A stretch of 64,000 bases of DNA from Alphaproteobacteria bacterium (lineage in GTDB: Bacteria; Pseudomonadota; Alphaproteobacteria; GCA-2731375): assembly GCA_030752605.1 (NCBI GenBank), contig JASMDX010000049.1, forward strand, positions 57,726 to 121,725, in the 5' to 3' direction. How positions within the stretch are numbered: the first letter of the stretch is position 1; the number at the start of each line of letters is the position of its first letter. Position numbers and translations under genes: made by a program. A model generated the notes under the pieces. It had not been told where the DNA came from and ran no database searches. It saw nothing but the letters and a program-made list of their open reading frames with translations. Below are positions 59,113 through 64,000 of this stretch, one piece after another.

Positions 59113-59925
59113 ATGGATTTCAAGCATATTAAATTCGACATCAGCGATGAAATCGCGACGATTACTTTGAATCGCCCGGAGGCGCGCAACGCCCTGAGCA
59201 GGGAAATGCGGGAGGATTTCCGCACCGCCCTGAAATTGGTCAAGGAACAGGCGGGCGAGGAAATCAAGGCGCTGATCCTGACCGGCGCGGGCGGTGCCTT
59301 TTGTGCCGGCGGCGATATCAAGGGCATGGGCAGCGACGAACGGACCTCATTGATAACGCGGCGTGGCCTGCGCCTGGATCACGACATCATCTATGACTTC
59401 GCGCATGTGGAGCTGCCTGTGATCAGCCTGGTCGATGGCCCGGCGGCGGGCGCGGGTTGCAATCTGGCCCTTGCTGCGGACTTCGTTTTCGCCACGCCCA
59501 AGGGCATATTCATGCAGGCATTTGGCCGCATCGGCGCCGTGCCTGATTGGGGTGGCTTTTATATCCTGCCGCGTCTGGTCGGACTGCAACGGGCCAAGGA
59601 GCTTGTTTATTCGGCCAGGAAGGTCGGCGCCGAGGAGGCTAAGGAGCTTGGCATGATTCTGGACGTGGTCTCGCAAGACAACGCCATGGACGAAGTGCGC
59701 GAGTTCGCCGGGCGCTTCCGCACCGCCTCCACCGCCGCTATTGGCATGGCGAAAAACGTCCTGAACCAGTCTTTTAATCTGGATCACCGCACCTTGTTGG
59801 AACTGGAAGCCGATGTCCAGGGCATGGCCTTGGTGACGCCCTATCACAAGGCGGCGGTAAAACGTTTCAAGGATAAGGAGCCGTCGCTGTTTGATTGGGA
59901 AAAATTGAGCGCCGAAAAGAATTGA
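59113..59925 (+). CDS. Enoyl-CoA hydratase/isomerase (crotonase) family protein
   Basis: ITLNRPEARNALS and LTGAGGAFCAGGDIKG crotonase motifs. The start is the ATG at 59113 with an AGGAAAGG RBS. Confidence 0.8.
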   Translation: MDFKHIKFDISDEIATITLNRPEARNALSREMREDFRTALKLVKEQAGEEIKALILTGAGGAFCAGGDIKGMGSDERTSLITRRGLRLDHDIIYDFAHVELPVISLVDGPAAGAGCNLALAADFVFATPKGIFMQAFGRIGAVPDWGGFYILPRLVGLQRAKELVYSARKVGAEEAKELGMILDVVSQDNAMDEVREFAGRFRTASTAAIGMAKNVLNQSFNLDHRTLLELEADVQGMALVTPYHKAAVKRFKDKEPSLFDWEKLSAEKN

Positions 59926-59953
59926 ACAGCGCATAAAAACCTGGGAGTTCGAA

Positions 59954-60883
59954 ATGCATTTGGACGGAAAAACAGCCATCATTACCGGCGCCGGGCGCGG
60001 CATCGGCATGGAAGTCGCGTATCTGCTGGCCAAGGAAGGTGCCATCGTCACGGTCAATGATCCAGGGTTGGGCCGTGGTGGTGAGGATGAGGGCGAGACC
60101 CCGGCCGAGGAAGTCGTGGCTCAGATCAGGGCGGACGGCGGCACGGCAGAGGCCAATACGCACTCCGTCGCCGATTACACCGCTACGGGCCGCATGATCC
60201 AAAAGATGGTGGATGATCACGGCAAGATCGACATCATCGTCAATTCCGCCGGGCTGCTGCGCGAACGGATGATCTGGAACATGACCGAGGAAGACTTCGA
60301 CATGGTCATCAATGTGCACCTGAAGGGCCATTGGAACATGTGTCACCATGCCATCAAGCACATGCGAGGAGCCGGTGGCGGCCGCATCGTGAATTTCTCC
60401 TCCGACGCCTTCAAGGGCTCGGTCGGACAGTGTAACTACAGCGCCGCCAAGGCCGGCATCATTGGCCTGACCCGGTCCATCGCCAAGGAAACCTCCCGCT
60501 ACGGCATCACCGCCAACGCGATCTGCCCCTCCGCCGATACCCGCATGACCATCAACGACGCCGTCATCGCCAACCGAGCCCGCAAGCTGGCGGACGGCCT
60601 GATCAGCCAAGAAGAATTCGACCGCGCCTCCCGCGCCCGCGGCCCGGAATATATCGCGCCGATGGTTGGTTATTTGTGTACCGATGCGGCCTGGGACGTG
60701 AATGGCCATGTCTTCCATGTGGAGCGGAACCGCATCCACAGCTATTACTACGGCGAGGAACGAAAAGCGCTGCATATCGGCGGCGATGGCATGTTCACCA
60801 TGGACGATTTGCTGCGCGATATCCCCTCCACCATCATGAGCGAGGCCCCAAGGGTCGCGGCACCTTACGAAAAGGCCGGGTAG
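59954..60883 (+). CDS. SDR-family oxidoreductase
   Basis: TGAGRGIG cofactor motif and YSAAKAG (YxxxK) active-site motif. Confidence 0.85.
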   Translation: MHLDGKTAIITGAGRGIGMEVAYLLAKEGAIVTVNDPGLGRGGEDEGETPAEEVVAQIRADGGTAEANTHSVADYTATGRMIQKMVDDHGKIDIIVNSAGLLRERMIWNMTEEDFDMVINVHLKGHWNMCHHAIKHMRGAGGGRIVNFSSDAFKGSVGQCNYSAAKAGIIGLTRSIAKETSRYGITANAICPSADTRMTINDAVIANRARKLADGLISQEEFDRASRARGPEYIAPMVGYLCTDAAWDVNGHVFHVERNRIHSYYYGEERKALHIGGDGMFTMDDLLRDIPSTIMSEAPRVAAPYEKAG

Positions 60884-60894
60884 GGCATCCATTT

Positions 60895-60915
60895 CAGGCG
60901 GGCACGGCCCGCCTG
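60895..60915. terminator. GC-rich hairpin (9-bp stem, 3-nt loop) between convergent SDR gene and SDR-fragment; possible bidirectional terminator
   Basis: CAGGCGGGC-ACG-GCCCGCCTG is a perfect 9-bp inverted repeat 12 nt after the SDR stop. There is no strong T-tract. Confidence 0.35.
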
Positions 60916-60925
60916 AGAGCCCCTT

Positions 60926-61066
60926 ATTGCGCCGTCCAACCGCCATCGACCAGCAGCGCCGCACCGGTGATTAGGGCCGCCGCCGGTGAGGATATGGAAC
61001 GGAAAATGGCGAAACCATGGCAACGCGTTTCCCGCCGGAAAAAAAACATCATCATTTTTACTCGTC
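60926..61066 (-). pseudogene. Short ORF whose C-terminus matches an SDR C-terminal segment (probable gene remnant)
   Basis: Reverse translation gives ...ISSPAAALITGAALLVDGGWTAQ(TAA). The SDR C-terminal consensus is ...ITGQxLxVDGGW. Only about 47 codons from an ATG, with no Rossmann N-terminus. Confidence 0.3.
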
Positions 61067-61159
61067 AGCGCGGCTGCTTGGGCTATGATATTTGCGATCG
61101 AAGACGATCAATTAGGGGAATCGAAAGGTGGGGAAAGGAACAGACTAGGGAGAATAATC

Positions 61160-64000
61160 GTGCGCGTAGCTGGCTGTGATCTGGGCAAGGCGTCCGTGGG
61201 GTTCGTAACCGCCGCGGTGACTGAAGACGGTAAGGTGGAGATAGAGGGCGCTGGCTATAAATTGCACGAAGGCGATCCCCTGGGCTTGTTCAAGAAGTGG
61301 TACCACGACAACGATATCGCATCCTGTGCCGCTCTGGCCGCGACCGGCGTCTATGCCGATGAACTGCGCGAGCCTGTCTTGATTCTGCCCGAGGATTCCT
61401 GTCAGGAAGCCGCCCTTGAGATCAACCCAGACCTTGAAGACGCCCTGAACCTGGTATCCATCGGCGCCCGCGGCTATGGCGCTCTCAGCCGCAAACCGGC
61501 CGAGGGGCAGAATGGCGCCAAAAACGGCGTGGGGCCGAAGTATCACTACCAATACCTCGAGAACGACAAATGCTCGTCCGGTACAGGCGAAAATATCCAG
61601 AAGATCGCCGACCGTTTCGGCCTGGGCGTTGACGATGCGGACAAGGCGGCGCAGGCAGCCGACGAGGCCATTCCCATCACCGCGCGTTGCTCTGTTTTCG
61701 CCAAATCCGAGATGACCCATTTCGCCAACCAGGGCAAGGCCACCGGTGATTTGTTCAAGGGCTATTTCGGCTCCGTCGCCCGCAACACCTATGCCCTGCT
61801 GATGCGCAACCGGGTCGGCGGCCCGGTTTACCTGATGGGCGGGCCGGCGCGGATCGAGAGCTTCCGCCGCTCGTTCGAAGAGATGTTGGGCGAAGAGGTA
61901 AAGGTGCCGCCGCTGGCGGAGTGTTTCGAGGCCGTGGGCGCCGCCGCGATCGCCGCCGAACAGGCGCGAAACACCTCCCTCGCCGCCCTGCCCGCCAAAC
62001 CGACGGAACTGATCGCGCCGGCCGAGAACCGCTTCCAGGTGCAGGCACCGGCCAGCGGCTGGCAAGAGCATGTGACCATGATGGCGGAACCGGAAGTGCC
62101 CACCGGCGTGGCGGAGACGCCAACCGTTCTGGGCCTTGATCTCGGCTCCACCGGGGCCAAGGCTGTCCTGACCTCGATCGAAACCGGCGAGATCGTGCTC
62201 GACGTTTACGACAGCACCCGGGGCAACCCGGTCGATGCCGCCCGCCGTCTGGTCATGACCATATTGGCGCAGGCCAAGGCCGACGTGCGTGCCATCGGCG
62301 TTACCGGTTCGGGCAGGGAAGCCGTCGCCACGTTGCTGCGCGCGGTCTATCCCGACAACGACAATATTATCGTACTGAACGAAATCGTCGCCCACGCCAC
62401 CGGCGCGGCGCGCTGTGATGTGGATGGCGGGGCCGATCTGTCGGTGATCGAGATTGGCGGCCAGGACGCCAAGTACATCCGGGTCCAGGGCGGCCGTATC
62501 GTCGAAAGCGACATGAACAAGGCGTGCAGCGCCGGCACCGGTTCGTTCCTGGAAGAACAGGCAACGATTTACGATGTCGACGACATACAAGAGTTCATTG
62601 ATCTGGCTTCGTCCGCCAAGCGGCCACCCGATCTGGGCATGATGTGCACGGTCTATGTCGCCGATGCCGCCTCGCAAGCCATCAAAGAAGGTTTTGGTCG
62701 CGACGATATCTTCGCCGGCTTTCAATATTCGGTCATCCACAACTATCTAAACCGGGTGATGGGCCAGCGCACGCCGGGGGCGCGGATCTTCTTCCAGGGC
62801 AAGCCGGCTTCCAACCCATCCCTGGCCTGGACCCTGGCCGCCGTCACCGGGCGCGACATCGTGGTGCCACCCAATCCCGGCGCCATGGGCGCCTGGGGCA
62901 TCGGCCTTTGCGCCATCAAGGAAATTGGCCAGGACGCGCTTGACGCCGCGCCCAGCCTCGATCTTGCCGATATTTTGCAGGCGGAGATCACGGCGCGGAT
63001 GGAATTCCGCTGCCGCGACGCCAAGTGCCAGACGCTTTGTCCCATCGAACGCACCACCATCACGGTAGATGGGCAGAGCCGCCAGGCGGTCTCCGGCGGA
63101 GCCTGTCCGAAGTTCGAGATCTCCACCGCCAGCCAGCCGAAATTGGCCAAGGATGCTCCGAACCCGTTTGAACAGCGCCAGGCGTTGATCGACAGCTTCG
63201 TGATCGGGCGCGAGGGCGCGCCGAGCCTTGCCATACCGGAGCTTAGCGCCCTCAACGGGCACATCCCCTGGCTCGCCACTTTCGCGGCCGAACTAGGCTT
63301 CTCGGTCAAACTGCTGCGCTCCACGGGCAAGTCCCTGGCGGCTGGCGAACAGCTTTGCAACAGTTTCGACAGTTGCGGCCCGGTCAAGATCGCCCATGCG
63401 GTCTGTGACCTGTACGACGGCATCTTGCTGTTTCCAAAAGTATTCCGCATCTCCGACGTCAATGGCCGGGGCGGCCAGACCTGCATGACCGAACAGGCCA
63501 TGCCGGACATGATCGAACGCTCCCTGTTGGCCCGTGGCAAGGGGGCCAAGGTGGTACGCCCACGCATCTCCTTCGGCGACGGTCTGGACACACCAGAACT
63601 AGTCGAGGAAATGCGCCGCATCGCCAGCCAGATCGGCGCTGATCCGGCCAAGATCGGCGATGCTGTCAGCGCTGCCGCTCGGGCGCAGCTACGCTACGAA
63701 GAAGACCTGATGGCAATTGGCCGGGAAGCGATGGCGTATGCCAAGGCCAACGATCTGCCGGCGGTCCTGCTGGTCGGTCACCTGCACGTCATCAACGACC
63801 CGGCGATCAATGCCAACATCCCCCATCTGGTCCGCCGTAACGGCGCCATGGCCATTCCTGTGGATTGCTTTGAAATCGACGATCAGACGCCGGCCATGTG
63901 GAAAGCCTATTGGGGCGATGACAACCGGGCCATCCGGGCCGCAGTGCAAAGCCGCGAGATGGGTGATGTCTTTCCGGTCTTCCTGGCCTCATTCGGCTGC
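61160..64000 (+). CDS. Partial (3'-truncated by window) giant CoA-substrate-specific enzyme activase-type protein: two BadF/BadG/BcrA/BcrD ASKHA ATPase modules fused to an HgdB/dehydratase-like domain
   Basis: GTG at 61160 sits 8 nt downstream of a GGGAG RBS. I translated 947 codons to position 64000 without a stop. Module 1 has VAGCDLGKASVG...KCSSGTGENIQK; module 2 has VLGLDLGSTGAKAV...KACSAGTGSFLEEQ. Then come Cys-rich segments (CRDAKCQTLCP, CNSFDSCGPVKIAHAVCD). It is absent from the ORF track only because it has no stop inside the window. The ORF-track entries 61145-62740(-) and 62743-63651(-) are its antisense shadows. Confidence 0.8.
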   Translation, partial: MRVAGCDLGKASVGFVTAAVTEDGKVEIEGAGYKLHEGDPLGLFKKWYHDNDIASCAALAATGVYADELREPVLILPEDSCQEAALEINPDLEDALNLVSIGARGYGALSRKPAEGQNGAKNGVGPKYHYQYLENDKCSSGTGENIQKIADRFGLGVDDADKAAQAADEAIPITARCSVFAKSEMTHFANQGKATGDLFKGYFGSVARNTYALLMRNRVGGPVYLMGGPARIESFRRSFEEMLGEEVKVPPLAECFEAVGAAAIAAEQARNTSLAALPAKPTELIAPAENRFQVQAPASGWQEHVTMMAEPEVPTGVAETPTVLGLDLGSTGAKAVLTSIETGEIVLDVYDSTRGNPVDAARRLVMTILAQAKADVRAIGVTGSGREAVATLLRAVYPDNDNIIVLNEIVAHATGAARCDVDGGADLSVIEIGGQDAKYIRVQGGRIVESDMNKACSAGTGSFLEEQATIYDVDDIQEFIDLASSAKRPPDLGMMCTVYVADAASQAIKEGFGRDDIFAGFQYSVIHNYLNRVMGQRTPGARIFFQGKPASNPSLAWTLAAVTGRDIVVPPNPGAMGAWGIGLCAIKEIGQDALDAAPSLDLADILQAEITARMEFRCRDAKCQTLCPIERTTITVDGQSRQAVSGGACPKFEISTASQPKLAKDAPNPFEQRQALIDSFVIGREGAPSLAIPELSALNGHIPWLATFAAELGFSVKLLRSTGKSLAAGEQLCNSFDSCGPVKIAHAVCDLYDGILLFPKVFRISDVNGRGGQTCMTEQAMPDMIERSLLARGKGAKVVRPRISFGDGLDTPELVEEMRRIASQIGADPAKIGDAVSAAARAQLRYEEDLMAIGREAMAYAKANDLPAVLLVGHLHVINDPAINANIPHLVRRNGAMAIPVDCFEIDDQTPAMWKAYWGDDNRAIRAAVQSREMGDVFPVFLASFGC

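Noticed and set aside
1-64000. CRISPR arrays, IS elements, integrases, prophage genes, toxin-antitoxin pairs
   Set aside because: I scanned for direct repeats with regular spacing and for transposase/integrase/phage-structural signatures. None were seen. All large ORFs map to metabolic, transport or housekeeping families.

Overview
This 64 kb window is high-GC (about 60-63% by eye) chromosomal DNA, most likely from an alphaproteobacterium (Rhodospirillales/Rhizobiales-like gene order). I see no rRNA, tRNA, CRISPR, transposase or integrase. Coding density is high, and many genes overlap by 4 nt (ATGA) or a few nt, consistent with operons.

Core housekeeping blocks:
- secD-secF-yajC at 41219-44245 (minus strand).
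- serS-surE-pcm-nlpD(LysM/M23) at 47248-52101 (minus strand).
- A selA-selB selenocysteine-incorporation operon at 23369-26784.

Around these sits a dense accessory metabolic set:
- Four enolase-superfamily paralogues: 893-1981, 2023-3126, 12184-13320(-) and 32122-33297.
- Three AMP-forming acyl-CoA ligases, a family III CoA-transferase, two crotonases, an SDR and a HIBADH-type dehydrogenase.
- A four-subunit 2-oxoacid:ferredoxin oxidoreductase operon (delta-alpha-beta-gamma) fused transcriptionally to an acyl-CoA ligase (35241-39768, minus strand).
- A hydantoinase B/A pair.
- A flavin-monooxygenase / Asp-Glu-racemase-like / trimethylamine-dehydrogenase-like flavoprotein trio (4495-8585).
- A GtrA / FAD-oxidoreductase / large polytopic membrane protein trio (15593-19629).
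- A radical-SAM/SPASM protein with a C-terminal SEC-C motif, divergent from a DUF815-type ATPase.
- At the right edge, a very large gene (61160 to past 64000) encoding a double ASKHA 'CoA-substrate-specific enzyme activase' fusion. It runs off the window and is therefore absent from the ORF track.

Several gene relics are visible directly in the sequence:
- An isochorismatase-family paralogue with an in-frame TAG, lying upstream of an intact copy.
- An acyl-CoA dehydrogenase N-terminal fragment with frameshifts.
- An FkbM-methyltransferase-like degraded region.
- A short SDR C-terminal remnant.
- A pentapeptide-repeat gene apparently frameshifted at a T5 run.

No SECIS element, tRNA-Sec or obvious selenoprotein gene was recognisable next to selAB. 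That absence is one of the more checkable open questions. All family assignments rest on motif recognition by eye; no database search was run.
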